A DNA stretch of 64,000 nucleotides from Thermodesulfobacteriota bacterium (GTDB taxonomy: Bacteria; Desulfobacterota_D; UBA1144; Nemesobacterales; Mycalebacteriaceae). The notes under the pieces were generated by a model. It saw nothing but the letters and a program-made list of their open reading frames with translations. It was not told where the DNA came from and ran no database searches. The DNA lies in contig OZ242184.1 in the NCBI GenBank assembly GCA_965205855.1, forward strand, positions 384,001 through 448,000. Direction: 5' to 3'. A program made the position numbers and the translations under genes. Below are positions 20,107 to 29,833 of the stretch, in pieces (within the stretch, counting starts at the first letter, position 1; every line of letters begins with the position of its first letter).

Positions 20107-22010
20107 GTCCGAAAAGGGGAGAGAAAAACATCTTTGGTGCAATGCGGGACAGAAAGATGTTGTCCTGGTTGTTCGGTTTTATTAGACGGCGCAGCAGTTT
20201 TCTCGCAGCGTCTTTGGTTTTAATGACCCTCACCGCCAGTCTTGAAATTTCACTGCCTTACATAGCAAGGAGCGCCGTGGACAACTATATCTCGCTTTCG
20301 TGGACTAGGACGCCCGGCGGCGGGGTTGTAAATCTTTCATCACCCGAAGATATGAGAAAATACGCTCCAAGCACCGGTTTGTCCGAAAGGTATCTTGCCG
20401 TTGACACAAGCGAACCGGGTTTGAGTTCATCGGATATTGTGGCGCGCAATCCCGAACTGTTCATACGCAAAAACGGCTCTGCGTATATAAGCGCTGCGGA
20501 TTTGCGGGCTTTGCCAGATGAAGAGATAAAAGCGCTCAGATCCCGCGATACGGCCGGGGTGGCGCGCTTGGCCGTTCTCGCGGCGCTATGTGTTTTCGGC
20601 ATCTTTGCCATGTCTTCTCTTTCCAACTATGTGTTGAAGATTTCCGGCGAGCGGATAATACACGACATAAGAGTGAGCACTTTCAAGCACATACTGTTTC
20701 TGCCGCAGAAATTTTTTGAGGAAAATCCCACGGGCAGAATAACAACGAGGGTTACAAACGACCTGAACTCCATAAATGATATGTATTCATCGGTGATTGT
20801 TCAGACCTTTAAAGACCTTTTTGTGCTCATAGGTGTCTCCGTTGTTATATTCCGTCTTGATTTTACGCTCGCGTTGATAGTGATTTGCGTAGTCGCCGTC
20901 GCAGGTTTTGTCGCCCATCTTTTTCGCGCGCGGCTTAGGTTTTCACACCGCAGAATAAGGCGTTCAATAGCGCGTCTCAACTCTTTTGTTCAGGAAAGTA
21001 TAAAGGGAATCAGGATTATCAGAGACTACGGGAGAGAGCGGCAGAACCTGCGCAGGTTTGAGGAGACAAACAGGGAGAATTTTCTTGCGAATATGGAACA
21101 ACTCTGGGTTTATGTGATTTTCCGGCCTTTTATGGAATACGCTGCCATTGCCTCAATAGGGCTGATAATCTGGTACGGCGGCACGGGGGTCATAGACGGC
21201 AGGCTGACGGCCGGAACATTTATAGCTTTTCTTTACTACACAAGAATGATGTTCAGACCCGTGCTTGAGGTGTCGGAGAAATACAACATTCTCCAGTCCG
21301 CAATAGCCGCGACTGAAAATCTTTATGACATAAATGAGATTGAGCCTGAAAATCCGGGCGGGGTAGTGCCGTCAAAATCGACGGGAGATCTTGAGTTTCA
21401 CAATGTCTGGTTTTCATACGGCGATGGCCGCTGGGTGCTCAAAGATATCTCTTTCAAGGTGTCTGAGAACGAGTGGGTGGCGATAGTGGGGCTCACAGGG
21501 TCGGGGAAATCCACAATTTTCAACCTGATGTTCCGTCTTTACAAACCCCAGAGAGGAAAAATAACATTTGGCGGCGAAGATATCTCGCGTATGCGGCTCA
21601 AGTGGCTTAGGGCGCGGATTGCTCCGGTATTTCAGGAAAGAAAAGACTACGAAAAGGAAGACAGCAATGAAACGGTTTTTCTGTCTTCGGGCGAAGAACA
21701 AATTAAAGACATTGAGGAAGTTATGTCTGCAGACCCCGCGATAGTTATTATGGACGAGGCGACATCCAACATGGATGCGAAAACCGAGGCGGAAGCTCTG
21801 GGCAAGGTAAGGGAATACTCGCGACGCAGGGGATGCGGCCTTGTAACCATAGCGCACAGACTTTCAAGCATAAGGGAGGCGGACAGGATTGTTGTCGTTC
21901 ACAAGGGCGAAATCGTCGAGACCGGAACGCATGAAGAGCTTGACCGTATGCGCGGAACCTACCACTCTCTCAACAAATTTGCCGCCGCCGTGCCACCGGT
22001 GGCGGATTAA
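20103..22010 (+). CDS. Heterodimeric ABC exporter subunit 2 (TMD-NBD, shortened helical subdomain)
   Basis: GRITTRVTND, Walker A GLTGSGKS, IMDEATSNMD, IAHRLS; start moved to ATG 20103 (ATGA overlap). Confidence 0.88.
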   Translation: MSPKRGEKNIFGAMRDRKMLSWLFGFIRRRSSFLAASLVLMTLTASLEISLPYIARSAVDNYISLSWTRTPGGGVVNLSSPEDMRKYAPSTGLSERYLAVDTSEPGLSSSDIVARNPELFIRKNGSAYISAADLRALPDEEIKALRSRDTAGVARLAVLAALCVFGIFAMSSLSNYVLKISGERIIHDIRVSTFKHILFLPQKFFEENPTGRITTRVTNDLNSINDMYSSVIVQTFKDLFVLIGVSVVIFRLDFTLALIVICVVAVAGFVAHLFRARLRFSHRRIRRSIARLNSFVQESIKGIRIIRDYGRERQNLRRFEETNRENFLANMEQLWVYVIFRPFMEYAAIASIGLIIWYGGTGVIDGRLTAGTFIAFLYYTRMMFRPVLEVSEKYNILQSAIAATENLYDINEIEPENPGGVVPSKSTGDLEFHNVWFSYGDGRWVLKDISFKVSENEWVAIVGLTGSGKSTIFNLMFRLYKPQRGKITFGGEDISRMRLKWLRARIAPVFQERKDYEKEDSNETVFLSSGEEQIKDIEEVMSADPAIVIMDEATSNMDAKTEAEALGKVREYSRRRGCGLVTIAHRLSSIREADRIVVVHKGEIVETGTHEELDRMRGTYHSLNKFAAAVPPVAD

Positions 22011-22777
22011 AAGACTTCAAACAGTTTCAGCGCGGCGATGGCTATCGCAAACGCTATGAAGTAACGCGCGGCGGCGACTCCTTTTTTTACCGAAATCTTT
22101 GCCGCCCACCACCCGCCGACCATTGTTCCCGCGGCGAGGTTGAGTCCTTTCAAAACATCAACATCACCTGAAATAAAAAAGACCCCAAGCACGGGGATTG
22201 TGTAAATCATCACGATAAATATTTTATGGAAGTTCACCGAAGCGATATTTCCCCCAATCGTGTGAAACAGAAGAGCCATGATTGCAAGCCCGATTCCCAC
22301 CTGTATAAAACCGCCGTAGAAACTTATGACGACAAGACCCGGATACAACACCCACTTGTGCCGGGCTGTCACTCTCTCTGCGGAGAATTTTGGAAGCGGC
22401 AGGAACATTGACACCGCAACGGCTATAATAACCACCGCGACTATTTTTTTGAAAAGGATGTTGTCAACCGCAGTTGCGGTAAAGGCCCCGGCTATCGCGC
22501 CGGGCAGCATCAAAAGCGAATACTTTAGAGAAACTGCCACGTTCCCGGTGTGCTCGCGTGAAAAAGAAGCGCAAGCCGAGACGTTTTGAAGAAGTATGGA
22601 AAGACGGTTTGTCCCGTTCGCCTCGGTACCGTCCAGACCGAGGAATATAAGAACCGGCAAGGTAAGCGACGAGCCGCCTCCCGCCATCACATTTAACATT
22701 CCGGCGGCAAGACCCACCAAAAACAGCAAAGCCGGGGAAAAAACCAAACTGGCAAAGTCCGCCGCCGGGTCAGGCAT
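22007..22777 (-). CDS. TauE/SafE (TSUP) family membrane transporter
   Basis: AGGGSSLTLPVL, ANGTN, FYGGFIQVGIG; multi-TM. Confidence 0.9.
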   Translation of the reverse strand: MPDPAADFASLVFSPALLFLVGLAAGMLNVMAGGGSSLTLPVLIFLGLDGTEANGTNRLSILLQNVSACASFSREHTGNVAVSLKYSLLMLPGAIAGAFTATAVDNILFKKIVAVVIIAVAVSMFLPLPKFSAERVTARHKWVLYPGLVVISFYGGFIQVGIGLAIMALLFHTIGGNIASVNFHKIFIVMIYTIPVLGVFFISGDVDVLKGLNLAAGTMVGGWWAAKISVKKGVAAARYFIAFAIAIAALKLFEVF

Positions 22778-23505
22778 TATTCGGCCCTGAGATGCTCCAT
22801 GCCTTCGGATGTTGAAACCAGAATGTCGGTTGTGGTTGTGAGAAACAACCCGTGTTCAACAATTCCGGCTCTCCACACAAGCGATTCGGCTATGATTTGA
22901 GGGTCGTAAATGGGGCCGAAATCACAGTCCAGCACGTTGTTGTTCTGGTCTGTTTTGAAGACTCTGCCCTCTTTGTTCCTTCTGATATCAATTGAAACGG
23001 CTCCGAGTGAGAATATAAACCTCCGAGCGGGGGTGACGGAAAAGGGAACCACCTCAACGGGAACCCTGCAACGGGTTCCCAGTTTCTCAGACACCTTACC
23101 GCCGTCAATAACTATTATGTTTCTTGAGCTCTCTTGTGCTACGATTTTCTCCCGCAACATTGCTCCCCCGCCGCCTTTTATGACCTTGAGGTCGCGGTTA
23201 ACCTCGTCCGCGCCGTCTATTGTTATATCTATCGCCGAGCTTTGGGAGAATTTGCCGATTTTCAGACCGAGAGATTTTGCGAGATTTGCCGTTTTTATGG
23301 AGCTTGGTATGCAGACGATATTTTCAATCAGTTCGGAGTTGACCCTTGAGGCGAGCTCTTCAATTGCGAAGCCAGCGGCCCTTCCCGTGCCGAGACCGAC
23401 CACCATGCCGGATGAAACAAAATCAACCGCCATTGAAGCGGCCTTGCGGACAATATCCGACAATTCCGCCCGTTCCTGATGTTTCTGCTCTTTGTGAATT
23501 GCCAT
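22777..23505 (-). CDS. rpiA: Ribose-5-phosphate isomerase A
   Basis: GLGTG, IDGADEV, IKGGGGAMLREKIV, TDQNN, GIVEHGLF. Confidence 0.96.
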   Translation of the reverse strand: MAIHKEQKHQERAELSDIVRKAASMAVDFVSSGMVVGLGTGRAAGFAIEELASRVNSELIENIVCIPSSIKTANLAKSLGLKIGKFSQSSAIDITIDGADEVNRDLKVIKGGGGAMLREKIVAQESSRNIIVIDGGKVSEKLGTRCRVPVEVVPFSVTPARRFIFSLGAVSIDIRRNKEGRVFKTDQNNNVLDCDFGPIYDPQIIAESLVWRAGIVEHGLFLTTTTDILVSTSEGMEHLRAE

Positions 23506-23523
23506 TGGAACGAAACTAACCTT

Positions 23524-23552
23524 ACTATACTTAAGGTGTTAATCTGTCTCAA
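23524..23552 (-). promoter_or_regulatory. Putative sigma70 promoter for rpiA-TSUP
   Basis: Minus strand TTGAGA-N17-TATAGT. Confidence 0.55.
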
Positions 23553-23562
23553 ATAAACTCTG

Positions 23563-25293
23563 TCAAGCGGTTTTGGTAATTCCAAGTAGCTCTGAAACAC
23601 TCAAGATTCCATCGCAAGCGTCCGAAAGAAACCTTATCTGGACGACTTTTCTTCCCTTGCTCTCAAGGGCTTTCATATCTCCGAGCGCCTGGGCGTCTTT
23701 GAGAATTTCAAACGACAAACGACCATTCCCTTGCGGCTGTGATGGAATCTCCATATCTCTGCCGGACTTGCCTAACAATTGTATGAACAGTCCTCCATCT
23801 GAGCCCCCTTTGTGCAACTGTCCAGAGGAGTGAAGATGAGCGGGACTGAAATCGGCTGTCGTGGTAATTCCCAAAGTTTCCGAAAGCCCGTAGCGGAACA
23901 ATTCAACCGCATTGCGCAATTTCCGGTCTGAGCCGTCAAGGAAAGCTTGGATGCAAAAGTATCCTTTTTCCTTTCTTTCCATGGCACATTTCTCCAGATA
24001 CGGGAGCAACCGTCCGGAACCAGTCACCGGATCGGACATTCTGAACTCAATATTCCCATGCTTGAAGTCGGGAACCGAAAACGACAGCTTTTTTTTCTTC
24101 TCATAAATTTTTATAAGATTTTGAGTCTGGGATTTTGTATTTTCAACATCGGGCTGGTCAAACGGGTTGATGTTCCACAAAGCTCCCAGAATGGCGACCG
24201 CCATTTCCAATCTGAAAAATTCTCCGCCAATCCCATATTCGTTTTCCAAAGTGATTATGACAATGGGGATTCCCGTCTCCGCCGCATTGCGCGCGCGGTC
24301 AATCATTACGGTGTCATTTTTAAGGCATATAAACACCGCGCCCGAAACCTTCCGTGAGGCGGGGAGGTCATGTGCAACCGGAAGAACCCGCCTTCCTTCC
24401 TTTCCGAGACTTTCGCCGATCATCTGCTCGGCAAATCTTTCAAAACCCGCTATCGCCTCCGAACAGATTATATGGAACGCGCCGTTTCCCTTTTTGCAAA
24501 AAATATCAATTGCTATCGCGAGCCGCAAAGCGGTGTTGCAGTCCGCGCCGGAGGTTTTTGTTCCCCGAGACCTTTGAGCCATGTCCCGTGCGCTTCGGAG
24601 TATTTTCCCCGTGTCCGCGCCAATGACAGCCGCCGGGACCATACCGAAAACCGAAAGCGGAGAAAAACGACCGCCGACCGTTTTGTCTCCTGCAAACACA
24701 GCGGCAAACCCTTTGCTTTTCGCGCTTTCAAACATGGGAGTTCCGGGATCGGTTATCACCGCAAATTTCCCCGCCGCTTTTGCCGCTCCAAGACTTTGCG
24801 AGCATCGTTCAAAAAAGAAATCAGCCACCGACACGGTTTCAATTGTCCGCCCCGATTTTGACGAAACGATAAAAAATGTTTCATTGAAGTCAATGCCGGA
24901 AACAACCGCCGCGATTGTGTCCCCTACGGTTGTGTCGACAACCGTTACGCATACTTCATCTGCGGGAGCGAAAGTTTTTGCAAAAACCTTTGAGGCAAGC
25001 ACCGAACCGCCCATGCCCGTAAGAACAAAACGTCGAATCCCCGCCCGGCGGCAACTTCGGGCGAACCGCTCAATTTCCTCAACCGACCGCGTCGTGTTTT
25101 CGGGAAGAGAAAGCCATCCGAGCCGGTTGCGAATGGCATCCACTTCGCCTTTCCAAACTGAGCAGTCACGTTTCCATATCGCCTTTACTATGTCGCCGAG
25201 AGCGGGATTTTGCAGGGATTTTTCAACTTTTTCCGTGTCCGCGCCGAGAATCTCAAAATAGTCGTCCGCAACTCCTGCGATTTTATCTTTCAT
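23563..25293 (-). CDS. pgi: Glucose-6-phosphate isomerase (PGI domain of the transaldolase/PGI-fusion type)
   Basis: RLGWL, GMGGS, SSKSGRTIET, VITDPG, VGGRFS, ESLGKEG, NPFDQPDVE, HSSGQLHKGG. Confidence 0.82.
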   Translation of the reverse strand: MKDKIAGVADDYFEILGADTEKVEKSLQNPALGDIVKAIWKRDCSVWKGEVDAIRNRLGWLSLPENTTRSVEEIERFARSCRRAGIRRFVLTGMGGSVLASKVFAKTFAPADEVCVTVVDTTVGDTIAAVVSGIDFNETFFIVSSKSGRTIETVSVADFFFERCSQSLGAAKAAGKFAVITDPGTPMFESAKSKGFAAVFAGDKTVGGRFSPLSVFGMVPAAVIGADTGKILRSARDMAQRSRGTKTSGADCNTALRLAIAIDIFCKKGNGAFHIICSEAIAGFERFAEQMIGESLGKEGRRVLPVAHDLPASRKVSGAVFICLKNDTVMIDRARNAAETGIPIVIITLENEYGIGGEFFRLEMAVAILGALWNINPFDQPDVENTKSQTQNLIKIYEKKKKLSFSVPDFKHGNIEFRMSDPVTGSGRLLPYLEKCAMERKEKGYFCIQAFLDGSDRKLRNAVELFRYGLSETLGITTTADFSPAHLHSSGQLHKGGSDGGLFIQLLGKSGRDMEIPSQPQGNGRLSFEILKDAQALGDMKALESKGRKVVQIRFLSDACDGILSVSELLGITKTA

Positions 25294-27284
25294 TATTTCC
25301 CGACGAGTTTTTTTGCAATGGAGAAAATGTTTTTTCCATCAAATCCGAATTCCTTCATTGCATCCGCGCTCGGAGCGGACACTCCGAATCTGTCAACTCC
25401 CAGAGAAAGCGATTCCTCTCCGCCGCCCGTGTATCTTTCCCACCCGAGAGTTGAAGCTGCTTCAACGGACAGACGTTTTTTTACATTTGGTGGGAGCACA
25501 AAGTCTTTGTATTCAACCGGTTGACGGTCAAATATTTCCCAGCTTGGCATGCTGACAACTCTTGAAATTATTCCCTTCTCGGCGAGCATTTTATGAGCTT
25601 CAATGCACGGATAAACCTCCGAGCCGGTGGCAATGATTATGATTTCCGGCTCCCCTCCGCCATCCGCCGCCACATATGCGCCGAGCCGAGCTCCTTTGCC
25701 CGTGTCATGTGTTTCAAGAGTGGTAACGTTCTGCCGTGTCAAAACAACCGCGGCGGGTCTGCGCGCTTCAATTATTTCATGCCATAGGGCGGACAACTCG
25801 TTTCCGTCCGCGGGTCTTACAACATCAATTCCCGGAGTTGCCCTGAGAGTTGCGAGATGCTCAATGGGCTGATGTGTGGGGCCGTCTTCACCGACTCCGA
25901 TGCTGTCGTGAGAGAAGATATACACTACCGGTTGCCGCATGAGAGCCGAAAGCCGCAACGCGGGTTTCATGTAGTCCGAGAAGACAAAATAGCAGGAAGC
26001 GTAAGGCCGGAGACCGCACAGGGCGAGTCCGTTGCAAAACGCCGCCATTGAATGCTCCCGAACGCCGAAATGGAAATTCCTTCCGCCCCGGTCTCTGGCG
26101 CTAAAATATCCCGCGGATTTTATGTTTGTTTTTGTTGAGTCCGAAACATCCGCCGCGCCGCCGATAAACCATGGGATTTTTCTGCTTATATCTTCCATTA
26201 TTTTGCCGTTGGATACTCTTGTTGCGATATTGCTTCCCGGTTCAAAAGCGGGCAGCCCGTCCGCCCAGCCCTCGGGCAGTGAGCCTTCACTGATAGCCCG
26301 GAACTCCGAAGCCAAATCCGGATATTTCTCCGAGTATTTTTCCAGCTTTGCCTCCCATTCCTCTTCAAGTTTTTTCCCTTTTTCAATTACCGAAAGCCGG
26401 TAGCGTAAAACCTCCTCCGGTGTGTGAAATTCTTCTGTTGTTCCAAGCCCGTAGGATTTTTTTGCCAAATTCGCCTCTTCCTTTCCAAGAGGGGCACCGT
26501 GGGCTTCTGGGGTGTTTTCCTTGCCGGGGCTTCCAAAGCCAATTCTGCTTTTTACCCTAACAAGCGCCGGGGCGCGGCTTTTTATCGCCTGCGTGTACGC
26601 GCTTTCCAGAGCTGAGAGTTCGTTTGCGTCCTCCACATGAAAAATATCCCATCCGTATGAAGCAAATCTTTCCGGCACATTTTCGGAGAATGAAATGTCG
26701 GTTCCCCCATCAATTGTTATACGGTTGTCGTCGTATATCCATACAAGGTTGCAAAGGTTGAGATGCGCGGCAAGCGAAGCTGCCTCCGAAGTAACACCTT
26801 CCATCATATCTCCGTCACTCAGTATGGAAAAGACGTTGAATCCCGCCAAATCAAAACCGGGTTTGTCAAAGCGGTTTGAAAGCCATTTCCCGGCGGATGC
26901 CATTCCCACCGAGGTGGCGGCGCCCTGTCCGAGTGGCCCGGTGGTTGTTTCAATTCCGCCCGTGAGTCCGTATTCCGGATGTCCGGCGCATTTACCGCCG
27001 AGCCGCCTGAAGTTTTTTATGTCTTCAATTGAGATTTCGTAGCCCGATATGTGAAGAATTGAGTACAAAAGCATTGAGGCGTGGCCAGCAGAGAGCACAA
27101 AACGGTCGCGCGCGTGCCAAGAGGGATTTGCCGGGTTGTGTCTGATAAATTCATCCCAAAGTTTAAACGCGACCGGCGCGAGAGCCATTGGCGTGCCGGG
27201 ATGGCCGGACTGCGCTTTTTCAACGGCGTCTATTGAAAGACTCCTTATACAATTGACAATGTTTATTGATAAATCTGTTTCCAT
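25293..27284 (-). CDS. tkt: Transketolase
   Basis: SGHPG, RDRFVLSAGH, TTGPLGQG, SDGDMMEG, FGVREH, GEDGPTHQPIE; start moved to ATG 27284 with GAGGA. Confidence 0.97.
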   Translation of the reverse strand: METDLSINIVNCIRSLSIDAVEKAQSGHPGTPMALAPVAFKLWDEFIRHNPANPSWHARDRFVLSAGHASMLLYSILHISGYEISIEDIKNFRRLGGKCAGHPEYGLTGGIETTTGPLGQGAATSVGMASAGKWLSNRFDKPGFDLAGFNVFSILSDGDMMEGVTSEAASLAAHLNLCNLVWIYDDNRITIDGGTDISFSENVPERFASYGWDIFHVEDANELSALESAYTQAIKSRAPALVRVKSRIGFGSPGKENTPEAHGAPLGKEEANLAKKSYGLGTTEEFHTPEEVLRYRLSVIEKGKKLEEEWEAKLEKYSEKYPDLASEFRAISEGSLPEGWADGLPAFEPGSNIATRVSNGKIMEDISRKIPWFIGGAADVSDSTKTNIKSAGYFSARDRGGRNFHFGVREHSMAAFCNGLALCGLRPYASCYFVFSDYMKPALRLSALMRQPVVYIFSHDSIGVGEDGPTHQPIEHLATLRATPGIDVVRPADGNELSALWHEIIEARRPAAVVLTRQNVTTLETHDTGKGARLGAYVAADGGGEPEIIIIATGSEVYPCIEAHKMLAEKGIISRVVSMPSWEIFDRQPVEYKDFVLPPNVKKRLSVEAASTLGWERYTGGGEESLSLGVDRFGVSAPSADAMKEFGFDGKNIFSIAKKLVGK

Positions 27285-27424
27285 TTCTATCCTCGAACAG
27301 ACTTGGAAGCATATATCAAATCGTGTATTTTGCACTACCGGATGACACCGAGTAATTTTTCTCTGCTTTCTTTTTGTTGCGTTACGGTTAAATTTGGTTT
27401 CCAGATTGGAAAACGGAGGTTTTT

Positions 27425-28867
27425 ATGGGTGAAATTTTAAATTCCGCTGATAAAGAGTATGTTTTCGAGTGGCCGGCTTTTCCTAAGGAACAGGCTGAGA
27501 GTGAGCTCAACATATCGGAAGTTGCTATGAGAGAAGGGGCGGATGGATTTCCCGAATCCGATTCCACTTTCCTGTCAATAACGGAAAATGAGATAGTGGG
27601 ACGGATAAGGCGGTTTTATATTGCCACCCTTGACAGGGTTTCACAGGAGTTTCTGCGGTTTGGCGAAGAGACGGCAAATATAAAGATTTTTCTGGAACGG
27701 TTTGATATAGGTCAGATGCCCTTTGATTTGAAGGCAAAGGTTGAGAGCGAGCTTACAGAGGCAAGAGTGATAATGAACCCGCTTGTCCGGAACGCGAAAG
27801 TTGCCTTGAATGATCTGGAGATTTTCAAGACGGATAACGGACTGACAAGGGAGCCTATCTATTCCCTGAACTGGAGGAAGATTTGGGGTCCTTTGCTTTT
27901 GGCGTTTCTGTTCTTTTTCGAGGTCATTCTGAACGGAGCCCTTGTTACCACGGTGGTTGATGGGTTTATCGCCGGAATAGCAGTCTCCGTAACGGTTGCA
28001 ACGCTTAATGTTATTCTTTCTTTTGTTATTGGAAGGATACTTGTCCCCGAGTTGAAGGTAAGCAGAAGCAGTTTCAGAAAGTTTGGCGCGGCTTTGGGAC
28101 TTATCATCCACTCCCTTCTGATTCTTTATGTGAACTTTGTTTTCGGAGTGTTCAGAGGTATTTCCCTGTCGTCGACAAACATTAGATCGTGGGAAGATAT
28201 CGGAGCGGTTGAGGTTATGAGCGCCATTAAACCCTGGGAAAGCATTGCCATGGTCAATGATGTTCCGTCCCTTTTTGTAATTGGTGTCGGAATCGTCTTT
28301 GCACTTATCGCATTGCTTGACGGATATCATTACGATGACAGTTATCCCGGCTATGGAGATGTTCACAGAAATTATGTGGGAGCCACGGAGTCGCTCGAAC
28401 AAACCAAAAAAGATTTCAGCAACAGAATACTGCGCATTACCAAAGATTCGCTTTCACATATGGAAAATGAGCTTTCGGGGTTTGAGAAAAAAATGACCCG
28501 CTGGGAAACCATGATGAACGTAGCTCAGCAACAGTTTGCAATATATGTGAGGTGGGTAAATCAGATAGAGCAGGATGCCAACAAACTTCTCCATGATTAC
28601 AGGTCGGCTAATTTGAAAGGCAGGCACTCAAGCTACACAACGCAAAAAGCTCCCGGATATTTTGAATCAGATTGGAGTTTTTCCGATGATGAGAAAAACC
28701 CTGACAAAAGTTTCTCCCATCTGTCCTTTCTTGTGAATACGGACAAATCCACCTTTGAGAATAAAAGCGCTTTGATACGGCAGGATATTAATTCCACTCG
28801 TGATGAATGCGTTCTTATACTTCGCAAGTTTTTGCAGGAGGTTGATGGAGAGGTTGGCGACAAATAA
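27425..28867 (+). CDS. Hypothetical 4-TM membrane protein with flanking coiled-coil regions
   Basis: GGAGG SD; four hydrophobic segments, followed by DDSYPGYG, YRSANLKGR and APGYF motifs; helical, charged N- and C-terminal regions. Confidence 0.85.
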   Translation: MGEILNSADKEYVFEWPAFPKEQAESELNISEVAMREGADGFPESDSTFLSITENEIVGRIRRFYIATLDRVSQEFLRFGEETANIKIFLERFDIGQMPFDLKAKVESELTEARVIMNPLVRNAKVALNDLEIFKTDNGLTREPIYSLNWRKIWGPLLLAFLFFFEVILNGALVTTVVDGFIAGIAVSVTVATLNVILSFVIGRILVPELKVSRSSFRKFGAALGLIIHSLLILYVNFVFGVFRGISLSSTNIRSWEDIGAVEVMSAIKPWESIAMVNDVPSLFVIGVGIVFALIALLDGYHYDDSYPGYGDVHRNYVGATESLEQTKKDFSNRILRITKDSLSHMENELSGFEKKMTRWETMMNVAQQQFAIYVRWVNQIEQDANKLLHDYRSANLKGRHSSYTTQKAPGYFESDWSFSDDEKNPDKSFSHLSFLVNTDKSTFENKSALIRQDINSTRDECVLILRKFLQEVDGEVGDK

Positions 28868-28891
28868 CTTTTTCATAGAAGGTGTTATACA

Positions 28892-29827
28892 GTGAAAAAA
28901 ATTTTTCTATTTATCTCAGTTTTTTTGTGTTTTTCTGTTTTCTCAATCAGTTCCAGTGTGGCGGAGGGTGCCCCCGTTCTGGAAAAGACTGAGAGAGATC
29001 CAAGAACTTTTTGTCCCTACGACAAGGATATCTCAAGTGAGCATCTGCTACTGTTTATTGATGTTACGGATGGGATTTCCGAACAGCAGATAAATCTTAT
29101 AAAAAATGACATTATCACCGATGACCTTCTCGGTGGCGTGAATCTTTACGGGAAAGTTTCTCTTGTTGTTATGGATGGGAACAAGCCTGTTACGAGCCTC
29201 AAGCCGCAACTTTCCATCTGCCGTCCGAAAAGCGGCAATCTGAAGTCCCCGGATAAAAGGGACCACATAGACTTTCTCACTGAAAACCGTCAGAAGATTG
29301 AACTGGAATATCAGCTTGGATATTTACGCAGGTTCAAGGACAGGTCGATTGAGATAGTCAAAGAGAAAGCGGAAGGGCACAACACCGAGGAAAATACTCC
29401 GATTATGGAAGCCATTCACGAAATATCGCGCTCTTCTGCGGTTGATTTCGGCAAAGAATACGGAGAAAAGAGACTTATCGTTGTTTCAAACATGTATCAC
29501 CATTCAAAGAATCTTCCTCTGAACAAGCTGTGTCTGAAGAAGATTTACAGGACAAACTTCTCGCTATTGAACTACTTCACCATATGGAAGTGCCCGTCTT
29601 TCAAAGACGTGAAAAACAAGCGGGTGAACAAGTTCTATCTGGAAAGAAAGATAAAACCTCAGTTCAAAGGAAATGTGGATGTCAAACTCTGGATGTTGTA
29701 CAAGCAAGAATCTTCATCAAGCATCAGGGACGATTCTCTTTTGACATTCTGGGAAGATTACTTTGATTATGTCGGCGACAGTGTAAACTTTCTTGACCCG
29801 GAGTTTGAATCCGACCCGTCCAGCTAA
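28892..29827 (+). CDS. Hypothetical secreted protein, possible vWA-like fold
   Basis: Signal peptide MKKIFLF...SVA; LLLFIDVTDG, NTPIMEAI and RLIVVSNM segments resemble vWA MIDAS strands. Confidence 0.75.
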   Translation: MKKIFLFISVFLCFSVFSISSSVAEGAPVLEKTERDPRTFCPYDKDISSEHLLLFIDVTDGISEQQINLIKNDIITDDLLGGVNLYGKVSLVVMDGNKPVTSLKPQLSICRPKSGNLKSPDKRDHIDFLTENRQKIELEYQLGYLRRFKDRSIEIVKEKAEGHNTEENTPIMEAIHEISRSSAVDFGKEYGEKRLIVVSNMYHHSKNLPLNKLCLKKIYRTNFSLLNYFTIWKCPSFKDVKNKRVNKFYLERKIKPQFKGNVDVKLWMLYKQESSSSIRDDSLLTFWEDYFDYVGDSVNFLDPEFESDPSS

Positions 29828-29833
29828 CTTCCG

